DNA of 64,000 bases from Octopus bimaculoides. Lineage: Eukaryota. A model generated the notes under the pieces. It searched no databases and had not been told where the DNA came from. It saw only the letters and a list, made by a program, of their open reading frames with translations. The DNA lies in assembly GCF_001194135.2 (NCBI RefSeq), contig NC_068987.1, positions 55,049,456 through 55,113,455 of the forward strand. Reading direction: 5' to 3'. The position numbers were made by a program, and so were the translations under genes. Positions 13,498 through 24,470 of the stretch are shown here, in pieces (positions within the stretch are counted from its first letter, which is position 1; every line of letters begins with the position of its first letter).

Positions 13498-14764
13498 ACA
13501 TATATATACATAGGCATACATACATTTTTTTAATATTTTTCTGGTGTGATTATAGCTGATCCGACACATTTACTTTATTCGTGCAAATTTTACCAAGTCA
13601 TGAGATAGATCAATATTCAAAATAGCTGGAATATTTATGCTATGAATTAAGGAATTTTAATGTCAAAATGTGTTAGAAATTCTCTTTGACATAAGAAATC
13701 TGTGTGTGTGCCTCTGTGTGTATATGCACACACATACACACACATTCATACCTATGTACATGTAGTCATAGTTATATGTATGTAGGCTACATACAAAGAC
13801 TTATTCGTATGTATGTATATATATCTACATACATACCCACATGTACTTAGAAAGACGTGCACATACATGTATGCATATATATATATATATATATATAATT
13901 TTATGTAAGCAGTTCTGATCATTTAACTAGCATAATTTTCTGTGCATCATTGACTGCCTATTAAATCTTCATGGTGCCATTTTACCATTTTAGTCTGCAG
14001 AAAGAAGTAGCACTGACTTGTAGATCAGAAGAATAATTATAGTAATTTCCATTTCCATAGCATCATCAGTAATTTCATATTTTATTGAGTGATATAAATA
14101 TTTTAGTATCCAATGTTTCTGCCAACAGGTAGCTAATGTTAAAATATGGATTTTTTTTTCTCCTTCTCCGGTGATATTGAGAGAGAGAGAGAGAGAAAAG
14201 AAATATAGAAAGAATTAAAAGAACATGAAAATGATGAAGTTAATATATTTTGTCAGTGCCAACTTTTTATTTCTAGTAAGGCATGGAAAACATTTACATA
14301 AAAATTTATATACATTGATGTACTCTCTCCATAGTTCAGCTATAAAATAAATAACATTCAGTAGAATTGCTGTGCATAGTTTGTTGAACTGCAGAACCTT
14401 ATGCATTGTCTGAATCTTTCTGCATTGACACAAGCAGGTCGACACCATCATCATCATTTTAACTTCCACTTTTCCATGCTTGCATGGGTCAGATGGAATT
14501 TGTTGAAACAAATTTTCAATGACCAGATAACCTCCCTTTTTGGCAACCTTCATATTTCCTAGCAAGGTAATATTTTTTTCCCCATGACCATGTAAGATTG
14601 GAAATGGATGACACTGCTTGTATGATGATGATGATGCTTGGCTGGAGACATGTGCGCACACACACAATTGCCTCTGCGTACATGNNNNNNNNNNNNNNNN
14701 NNNNNNNNNNNNNNNNNNNNNNNNNNNNNNNNNNNNNNNNNNNNNNNNNNNNNNNNNNNNNNNN

Positions 14765-14801
<37 letters not shown>

Positions 14802-15565
14802 CATGTTGAACCTTTAACCCCTACACATTTTTTTATCACTCCATTTTTTCTGCTCTCTCTCTCTCTCTCCATTTTTTTCCCCTCTCGATCTTTCCTGTCA
14901 AAGAGCATAGGCTTAAAACATGAAAAAGACTTCTCCATTCTTTCTGAGCATTAAACTAATACACCTACTTGTTTTTCCTTCACCTGTCTTCATCTTTAGT
15001 TTTCTGTAAATTTGCACTATATATATATCTATCTATATCTATATATGAGATCTGTTTCCTCTATTTATAAGGCTTAGGTTAGTTCAGGACCATAGTGGAA
15101 AATGTCAAAGGTGCCAAGCAGTGAGACTCAACCCTAAACCACATGGTTCAGAAACAAATGTCTTTGTCACACAGCTATGATTAAGCCTCTTTCTGTCTAC
15201 CTCATGTGGCTTTCTTCAATCTGGGCTTTTAGTAGAAGTGTCATGCAGTAGGTCTGAACTCAAAATTACATAGATAGGAAATAAACATCTTAACCACATA
15301 GTCATGTCTTTGAAAAATTGAATCCAGAATATGCAATCTTGAATTTCTACTATTATAGGTACAGACATGGACATATAGTTAAAAGGTTTCAGTCCTGCTG
15401 TCCTGTTGTCTGTACAGCACCATGGGCCTGTGTCTTCTTTTGCTCTTGTATCAGGTTGACCAAAGCCTTGTGAGTGAAATTTGATAAATGAGAACTGTGT
15501 GGAAGTTTGTCAAAGATGTGTATTTGTGTTCATGTATGTGTAGGTATATGTGTATGTTTATATAT

Positions 15566-15946
15566 AGACACAGGCGTGGTTGTGTGGTAAGAAGTTTGCT
15601 TCCCAACCATATGGTTCTGGGTTTAGTCCCACTGCATAGCACCTTGGGCAAGTGTTCTCTACTATAACCTTGAGTGGATTTGGTAGATGAAAACTACCAA
15701 AGAAGCCCATCGTATATATATGTGTGTGTGTGTGTGTTTGTATCTATGTTTGTCTCCCTACCATCACTTAACAACTGATGTTGGTGTGTTTACGTACCCA
15801 TTTGTTAGTGGTCTGGTAAAAGAGGTTGATAGAAGAAGTACTAGGCTTACAAAGAATAAATCCTGGGGTCGATTTCTTTGACTAGAAAACTTTTGATGGT
15901 GGTGCTACAGCATGACTGCTGTCAAATGACTGAAACAAGTAAAGAA
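15566..15946 (+). mobile_element. SINE family A
   Basis: Head, CORE-like motif and tail are all present. Confidence 0.8.
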
Positions 15947-16222
15947 ATATATATAATATCATTGAAGAAATAGAGCCAACAAGAAGTACGGTTAGATAGC
16001 TATTTAATAAACATTACACATGTTTCGATACAACCTAGATCCACATATAAACAGAATTTTAAGTAAACAAGTTTACCTGTATAATGGGATCCAGTTGTAT
16101 CTCCTCAGGTGATATATAATTGCTGCCCCATTAGACCTTTTGATTTCGATGCTAACACATGTATATATGTTTACAGTAATACTTCTGTTAGCTCACTGGA
16201 TATGTTCCTTAACCCTTTAGCT

Positions 16223-16478
16223 CAGTGGTTCCCAATCATTTTTTACTTATGGACCCTTTTGATTCTTATTTAACTCTAATGGACCCCCAAAGTTATTTGA
16301 TATTTTAAGAAATTCTATTTTATTTTTATAATTAAATATTAGGAATTGTGTATAAAAAAAATTGTTGGAATATTTTATGTATTGTAAAAGAGTGAGCAAT
16401 TTATTGCGCATAAATTTTAACAACATAATCTTATATTTGACACTCAAGGGTCATGTGGACCCTGGCTGAGAACCACTG
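16223..16478 (+). mobile_element. hAT (Charlie-like) MITE
   Basis: TIR CAGTGGTTCCCA / TGAGAACCACTG, with a perfect 8 bp TSD CTTTAGCT at 16215-16222 and 16479-16486. Confidence 0.9.
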
Positions 16479-16634
16479 CTTTAGCTCTTAAACTGGGAAA
16501 ATCTGGCCTCTCACTCCTACCCTACAATATCATTTTAAAAATAATCACAGCATCATTGAAATCACAAAACTAAAAAAATAATACTTGATTAATTAGAAAC
16601 AATGTGAAGAAATAAGCATTATACTTGACTGTAT

Positions 16635-16957
16635 GACGGTGCATGACTCAGTGGCGAGAGCATCGGGTTCACAATCATGAGGTAGTGAATTCGATTCCCA
16701 GACTGGGCTGTGTTGTGTTCTTGTGCAAGACACTTTATTTCATGTTGCTCCAGTCCACTCAGCTGTAGGAATGCAGTTGTGATGCCACTGGTACCAAGCT
16801 GTATCTGCCTTTCCCTTGAATAACATTGGTGGTGTGGAGAGGGGAGGCTGGTATGCATTGGTCTTCCATAAATCTTGCCTGGACTTCTGTGTCAGAGTTT
16901 AACTTTCTAGGTGCAATCCCATGGTCATTCATGACTGAAGGAGGTCTTTATCCTTTT
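16635..16957 (+). mobile_element. tRNA-headed SINE 'family E' with 14-16 bp TSD
   Basis: TSD (tt)atacttgactgtat at 16619-16634 and 16958-16973. A/B-box-like tgactcagtgg / ttcgattcc. Confidence 0.85.
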
Positions 16958-16988
16958 TTATACTTGACTGTATCTAAATGTTAAAGGG

Positions 16989-17288
16989 TTAACCCATTAC
17001 CTCCCCTAATTTTATTAACTGGAATTTTTTTTTATGAAACTTTGATTTCTAGCATAAAATAGCCTTAGAAACATGCTGGAACGATCAAAATAACATTTCT
17101 AAATAACATTTTAAATAGAAATAAGTGAGATATTGGGTGAAAAATTAGCAAACTTCATTTGAATATCAGAGAAATATACCTAGTAGATATAGCAAAAAGG
17201 TTAGATATGTGTAAATATTGACAGATAATTACAAAATTTGTAATTTTTAAGTGATATCATATGAGATCACTGGCAGGTAATGGGTTAA
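16989..17288 (+). mobile_element. Second piggyBac-like MITE sharing a TTAA with the first
   Basis: TTAA-CCCATTACCT ... AGGTAATGGG-TTAA, a 10 bp perfect TIR. Confidence 0.8.
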
Positions 17289-18153
17289 ACAAGTGGTGAA
17301 GGGTAAGCTAAGCACTAANNNNNNNNNNNNNNNNNNNNNNNNNNNNNNNNNNNNNNNNNNNNNNNNNNNNNNNNNNNNNNNNNNNNNNNNNNNNNNNNNN
17401 NNNNNNNNNNNNNNNNNNNNNNNNNNNNNNNNNNNNNNNNNNNNNNNNNNNNNNNNNNNNNNNNNNNNNNNNNNNNNNNNNNNNNNNNNNNNNNNNNNNN
17501 NNNNNNNNNNNNNNNNNNNNNNNNNNNNNNNNNNNNNNNNNNNNNNNNNNNNNNNNNNNNNNNNNNNNNNNNNNNNNNNNNNNNNNNNNNNNNNNNNNNN
17601 NNNNNNNNNNNNNNNNNNNNNNNNNNNNNNNNNNNNNNNNNNNNNNNNNNNNNNNNNNNNNNNNNNNNNNNNNNNNNNNNNNNNNNNNNNNNNNNNNNNN
17701 NNNNNNNNNNNNNNNNNNNNNNNNNNNNNNNNNNNNNNNNNNNNNNNNNNNNNNNNNNNNNNNNNNNNNNNNNNNNNNNNNNNNNNNNNNNNNNNNNNNN
17801 NNNNNNNNNNNNNNNNNNNNNNNNNNNNNNNNNNNNNNNNNNNNNNNNNNNNNNNNNNNNNNNNNNNNNNNNNNNNNNNNNNNNNNNNNNNNNNNNNNNN
17901 NNNNNNNNNNNNNNNNNNNNNNNNNNNNNNNNNNNNNNNNNNNNNNNNNNNNNNNNNNNNNNNNNNNNNNNNNNNNNNNNNNNNNNNNNNNNNNNNNNNN
18001 NNNNNNNNNNNNNNNNNNNNNNNNNNNNNNNNNNNNNNNNNNNNNNNNNNNNNNNNNNNNNNNNNNNNNNNNNNNNNNNNNNNNNNNNNNNNNNNNNNNN
18101 NNNNNNNNNNNNNNNNNNNNNNNNNNNNNNNNNNNNNNNNNNNNNNNTATATA

Positions 18154-19416
18154 TATTGGGTCATCCCGTAAATAATGTGGTTTTTTCAATTGCATGAAAT
18201 GAAAGTTAGAGGGGGATGGGATAAACTACCTGCATCAACTTGCTATAAAAGCAGGTAGTAATTTTACCTTGTATTTATTCTTAGTGAGAGTTTTGAAGAG
18301 TGCAATTCGATTTTAAGTTATTTTTCGAAGCTACAATGGGAGTGACAAAGAAGCGTATTTGGCATATTTTACTTTATAAGTTCAATTAAGGCAACAATGC
18401 AACTGACAGAAAGTGCAAGGAATATTAATGCAGTATATGAGAACCAGACAATACATGTAAGCTAGTGTCACCAGTAGTTCCAGAAATTCTAAGCCGGAAA
18501 CTACAGCCTAGAAGACGAGCCTGATCTGTGGAGCTCAATGAGGATGTCCTGCAAACCCTGGTGGAACTAAATCCGATAGTAGATGTTGAGGAACTAGCAT
18601 AGAAACTCTGATTTGGTCATTCAACCATTCATCAACATCTGCGTGCCATTAGAAATGTCAGCAAATTGGCTTCTATGGATTCCTCACAAACTTTCCAAGT
18701 CTCATCATGTGCAGAGAGTGAATGTGTGCTATTCTTTGCCGTCACATCTCATGAATTAACCTTTTTTTGGACCAAATAGTGGCTGGTGATGAGATGTGGG
18801 TTCTCAGTAAAAACATCAAGTGCCAAAGACAGTGGGTAGGGAAAGGAGAAACACTAACACTCCAAGCTAAAGGAGGTATTCACCTATGTAAGGTATCTGT
18901 TTAGTGAGATATGAAAAGTTTAGTCCACTTTGAACTTTTAAACCCAAACCAACAACTGTGACTAGCTTGAGTGGCTTAAGTCAGCGCTAGAAGAAAAATG
19001 ACCATCTTTGGTTTCAAGATGAAAGGTGTTCTTCCATTAGGATAATGCTCAGCCACATAAAGTGAGGATGACATTCCAAAGGCTGGAGCAGTTTGAATGG
19101 GAAACGATGCCCCACCCAACATATTCGGCGGACATTGCTCCATCTGATTATCATTTATTCCGCAGTCTTCAAAATCATTTGGATGGAAAAACTATGAATT
19201 CTGTAGACAAGGTCAGAACAGTACTGGAGGAATATTTTTCATCAGGGACAAGTGAATTTTGGAAGAGGGGCCTTGCAAACCTACCAGATAGATGGAAGAG
19301 CATTGTAGAAAATGAAGGAGAGTATATTTTAGATTAAAAAAGAACTTTGTTTATCTTAATTTTGAAAAATAAACGAAGTATAAAAAGCTGCATTATTTAT
19401 GAGATGACCCAAAATA
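18154..19416 (+). mobile_element. Full-length decayed mariner (DD34D) transposon
   Basis: Imperfect TIRs TATTGGGTCATCCCGTAAATAATGTGG and rc of GCTGCATTATTTATGAGATGACCCAAAATA, with TA ends; about 1.26 kb. Confidence 0.92.
18336..19337 (+). pseudogene. Mariner transposase pseudogene (stops and frameshifts)
   Basis: Starts MGVTKKRIWHILLYKF and retains AGDEMW, H*DNAQPH and YSADIAPSDYHLFRSL. I counted 34 residues between the second and third catalytic D. Confidence 0.9.
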
Positions 19417-20890
19417 TTTGTATCTATATATTTATATCTTTGTATCTGTTTTTGTCACTCTCACCATTGCTTGACAACCAGTGTTGGTGTATTTATGTTC
19501 CTGTAACTTAGCAGTTCAGCAAAAGCGACCAATAAAATAAGTGCTAGGCTTACAAAGAATAAGTCATGGGGTTGATTTCTTCAACTAAAAAACCCTAGTG
19601 CTCCAGCATGTCTGCAGTCAAATGACTGAAACCAGTAAAAGAACATATTATTGCCTTTATGATTTCAAGGATGTAACTGTTTATATTTAAAATGATATTG
19701 CGTGAAGTATGAGAGGCCAGATCTGTCTGATTTGAACATAGAAACAGGTAGAATATTTGGGCTGGACATCGCCAGTTTAATTGCTAATGGGTAAATGTCT
19801 GCTGCATTTGATTGGGTCTTCTCTCATGAAGCAATTCACAGTTTCAGGGTATTGTGTTCACAATATCTTCATTTTATAACTTTATGTGAAACTGAGCTCA
19901 CATACTCCTGCATGTGCTCCCTTACTTATTCTTCCCCTTTCACTTGTTCTTTCATTAGCTCCCTCCACTGTACATGTTCGCTCATTCATCCTCATATACT
20001 TCACACCTGTACTCCTTCATGCTAACTTGGACTTTCCTTATAAGTTAGCTATTAATGGCTGCCCTTGTCAATTGCACCATGTTAGTGTAGAATACTGTGA
20101 CTAAAACAATTCCTAGTTCAATTATTTTGATTCTGAGATCAACAAATTACTATATTTGCTGGTGTATACAACTCATGCCTTTTTTTACAAGAATTCTTTA
20201 TAGAACAAACAAATTTATATGCTTTGTCATACTCCTATTGAAAGATATTGAATGTGGTTTTGCATGGGAAAATGTTTTATTCTGTTCATGTAAATATATT
20301 GTTACAATACACTAGAATAAAACATAAAGCCATACAATTACTGTCTCAACTTGATATTCTTTCAGATCACCTGTATAGTTTTCTATATTTTTGGTCTAGC
20401 AAATTGCTATGCAGGATGTAAAAACTCATATTATGGGCTGTGATATTTGTAAATGCGGTAAGCCACCAGGATAATGTACCACTGCTATGTATGGTTTTGT
20501 TGTCAGCTACTGTGGCTGGGCCTCTCTGTTCCATATTGATTTTGTCAGCTATCAGTAAACCTACAGAATTCAAGAATCTTCATTTGTGAAACCAAATGTT
20601 GATGATTCCTTGACCTAAGTAAACCTTTGCGCTTATAAGAATTATCATTGTCATCATTTTAATGCCCACTTTTCCATGCTTGCATATGTTGGGTGGAATT
20701 TATTGAAGCAGATTTCTATGGTCAGATGCTGTTCTTGTTGCCAACCTTCACCTATTTCCAATGAAGATATTTCCCCATGACTGGACATGTTTTCATAGAA
20801 GATTGGAAACGGACGCCACTTCCATGATGATGACACTTGCTTACAACTATCATGCAGTGTCAAAGCAAAGAAAGAGAATTGCACATGCGT

Positions 20891-20919
<29 letters not shown>

Positions 20920-20924
<5 letters not shown>

Positions 20925-21800
20925 GGTGTGATAGGTAAATTGTCAGGATTTTGTATTTTTAATTTCACGTATGTGTACTGTTTGTTTTTGATTTTGTCGA
21001 CTACACAGTATAGTAGGAGGTCAGTTGGGCACCATCTGTGAGAAAAACAGCACCCTGATACATTTCACTTTGCCAGAAATTTGGAAACGATTACCTGGTA
21101 TTCATGCCAGAAACTCCAGTACAAACAGATGGTGAACACACAGAACAACCATTGCTTTGCTGTGTCCTCAAAACATGTACCAAGAATGATAAAAATCAAA
21201 CATCCAGTCAACATCATGGGGTTTGGAGTAATCACTAGTGATGATGGCATTCTCCATTCATCTTCTCACACGGCCTCAGACTCAACATTGGAGGCCTACA
21301 TGAAGTGCCTGGAGGAGGTAGTGCTGCCCTGGGTCAAGAGGGTGGCTGCTGGAAGACCCTATGTCTGGCAACAGGACTCTGCACCATGCCAGACAAGTAG
21401 AAGAACCCAGTCATGGCTGTCAGACAATTTCTGCAACCACATCACCCCTAATATCTAGCCACCTAACTCCCCAGACTGCAGCCCCCTTGATTATTATGTG
21501 TGGAGCAAAGTTGAACGAGAGACCAATAAAACTCTTTGTAACACCAAAGATGAACTGAAGGCAAGGATTGACAACATTCACTTCCTTAAACAAGGAGATC
21601 ATCCAGAAGAGTTGCAGGAGATTCTGAAGTCGTCTGGAGGCTGTGGTTGAATCCAACGGGGATTTTATTAAATAAATTTACTCTTTAGTATTTCAAGATA
21701 TTTTTATGTAATTTTGGTAAATATATCTGTTAAAATGAGATATCAGTGTTATTTTCATTTTTGCGTAATTTAGACACTAATATATTCACTGCACCCTCTG
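20920..21800 (+). mobile_element. Internally deleted Tc1/mariner maT-type (DD37D) element
   Basis: Terminal CAGAGGGTG / CACCCTCTG. The transposase C-half reads WQQDSAPC...NI*PPNSPDCSPLDYYVW, with 37 residues between the D's. Confidence 0.85.
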
Positions 21801-21805
21801 TGTGT

Positions 21806-21847
<42 letters not shown>

Positions 21848-23295
21848 GTGTGTATGTATATATAATGTATATGTATGTATGTATACATACACACACATAA
21901 ATGACAGGCTTCTTTCAATTTCTGCCTACCAGATCCACTCGCAGGTCTTTGATTGACCAAGGTGTATAGTAAGAGCCACTTGCCCAAGGTGTTATACAGT
22001 GGAACTTAACCCAGAACCATATGGCTGGGAAGTGAACTTCTTGCCACACAGAACAGATTTGACAAATTGTGCCTGTCATACCTCTCTGACAAATGATTTG
22101 TAATGTTTTTGAAGCAGTGGCAACAGAGACTTAAGAGCAGGTTATGAAGTTAAATTTCCTTGAAACGTTACTGCTTTACCATACTGTCTTTGCTGTGAAA
22201 ATGGTGGTGACAGGGTAGTAATTGTTATAATCATAATATTATTATTATAAATACATTTAAAATCATCACTGTCATCACCACTACAATTATCAACATTATC
22301 ACTTCTATTCTTGTTGCCATCACCTCCAATGACCATAAGTATATGAACCAATGAGGTTGCTTTCATGTAGACACTCAACATGTTAGAAATAGCAGTCAAA
22401 TCTCCTTCAAACTATTGTACTATCTTTCAGAAAATGTGCCTGCTGGATTATGTATTCTTGGGTTTGTTGCACATAAGGAAAAAGGCTGGTTGGTTAAGAC
22501 TGGAATGCCTTCAGCTATAGGGCTGTTCAGTTGGTGGGTAGCGGGTGATTAGGGGTTAAATTGTAGCAGACATATCTCCATGAGCCATCAAGAATACAGA
22601 CTACCATATGATATCTCAGTCAGAAATAGCAACCAAATATTTCTCGGATCTCATGGATGGACTATGTCTGAATAAAAAAAATATGATGATGATCATGGCT
22701 GGAACACCTGATAATAGATTTTGAATTTGTTTAATTAGTGATGACGTGGAGTTTAAGCAGCAACTATACACCCCCACCACAATGATTTGTAGTTTGAAGA
22801 ATAACATAGAATATAACATCTGCTTGCAGAGATTCCATGAATCTCTGTATTTGCAGAACCATCCAATTTATGCTTAATTCCCCCCCCCCCGCCACACACG
22901 CATGTATATAAAAGAGGTAGGGAGAGAAGGGTAAGTGGCAGAAAGGGGGTGCAAGTTGGGAAGTTGATTGATGAGTGAGTGAAAGTAAGTAAGTTATTCA
23001 GACAGAAAATATATTTTTGGTACTATTGTTGGTTTGGTGTTAACTTCTGTTGCAGTTTAAGCATTGGAATCTCAGACATAAGACTTGTCCGATCTAATGA
23101 AGAAAAGAAAAAAAAAACATTTTCAACAAACAGAAAATAACTATATATATAAAAAAAAATCTGAAAATATTATGATTACAAAATGAATGACTGAAGAAAT
23201 TTTGGCACTTATGACTATGGATATGTATGTATGTCTGTGTGTATATATATGTATACATCTATATTTTCATTTTGCTATTCTTTGTCTTTTTTCAG

Positions 23296-23367
23296 GAGGC
23301 TCAGTTTCAGAGATTATCTGAAAAACTTGACGTTGAAAGACAACCCGTAGCCAACAAATTGAAAAAG
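23296..23367 (+). CDS. CTNND2: Internal coding exon (72 nt, phase 0-0) of a delta-catenin/p120-family gene; N-terminal coiled coil EAQFQRLSEKLDVERQPVANKLKK
   Basis: Acceptor tttgtctttttcAG at 23294-23295 and donor AAG|GTATTT at 23368. The translation matches the recalled family motif E(A/L)QF(E/Q)RLTRELE(A/V)ERQIVASQLERC of CTNND2/PKP4/CTNND1. The symbol denotes the family; orthology to CTNND2 versus PKP4 is not resolved. Confidence 0.9.
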
Positions 23368-23605
23368 GTATTTAGCAAACATTAAGAATTTTATTTACTT
23401 AAATACATAAATAAATATATGTCTATATAAATATGCATGTTTTTTTTTTTTTTTAATCATCTGAAGTTACAAAGTTACTTTGTTACTTGATAAGTGCCAC
23501 ATGAACAAAACTCTTGGTCCTTGAGTCACTTTGTAATTTCTGCCTATTAAAAATTTTTTTAAAATGGTATATATTCATCTTTTGAGTTCTGTTTACCTTA
23601 TCTGT

Positions 23606-23912
23606 ACTAAAAAAGGTAAAAACTCTCTTCAGTCATGAATAACCATGGGATTGCTCCTAGAAAGGTTACCCTCTGAGGCACAAGTCTGTTTATGGAAGAC
23701 CAGAAGTCGCCCACACATACCAGCCTCCCCTCTCCATGCCACCAATGCTATCAAAGGAAAAGGCCAATACAACTTGGCACCAGTGATGTTGCAACTCATT
23801 TCTACAGCTGAGTGAACTGGAGCAGTGTGAGATAAAGTGAGTTGCTCTCTGTCGAGGAATCAAACTCACTACCTCATAATTGTGAGCCTGACACTCAAAC
23901 CATTGAGCCATG
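23606..23912 (-). mobile_element. SINE family E, reverse copy 240 nt downstream of the coiled-coil exon
   Basis: Reverse complement aligns with 16635-16957. Further head fragments lie at about 37040-37345 and 40380-40520. Confidence 0.75.
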
Positions 23913-24039
23913 CACCTTACTGTACTACCAGACCTGTAAAATATGCAAGCATAAATGTGTGAATATATGTGGGTGAGAGAGTATGTGTCATGTTCATCTG
24001 CCAGAGTAACAAGGACCATCTAGACATCCTATGAGATGA

Positions 24040-24470
24040 TTGATGACGTTCATGATAACTTTGTTTAAAATGAAGAGTTGTGCACCAACAACCTTACTTT
24101 CTTGCCTGTGATCATCTTCAATCCAATGGCAAGACCAGGTCAAGATGACTGGGAACAGAGACAGATGCTGGGGATGACAAATATGTCTTACTTGCCACAC
24201 CTTGCTCTCTACATTTTACAATGTGTTGCTGTAGCCACTTTCTCTTCCATTGAACCATGAAGGTTTCTTCTGCAAAGTCCACTGGATCCAATCTTCACAC
24301 GCATAAGTAGGCAAACCCTAATATGCCAATCAACATTTGTGGGGAAAGGTTTGTTTGGTAAAATCTGTAAAGGAATTTCTCAAGACTTCACTGAAAAACT
24401 CCAGCATTGATCCAGAATCATTGAAAAAAACCCTTATTGGTGAAAGATCTATGTGATGTAATTTCTGCTA
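24040..24470 (+). mobile_element. Highly decayed RTE LINE ORF2 C-terminal remnant
   Basis: Fragments CL*SSSIQWQDQV and KEFLKTSLKNSSIDPES resemble RTE 'CLRSILNIKWQD' and 'KDTLKASLK..IDP.SW'. Confidence 0.5.

Larger units (their letters stand above)
16209..16992 (+). mobile_element. TTAA-flanked piggyBac-like MITE hosting the hAT MITE and the family E SINE
   Basis: Ends TTAACCCTTT ... AAAGGGTTAA. Removing the two inserts restores a sequence that matches copies at about 3197-3748 (-), 19640-19790 (-) and 62491-63005 (+). Confidence 0.75.

Noticed and set aside
22580-22860. Coding-looking stretch (MISQSEIATKYFSDLMDGL...) as the missing upstream catenin exon
   Set aside because: It has an in-frame stop, no ...SVKEQ|GT end and no recognisable homology.
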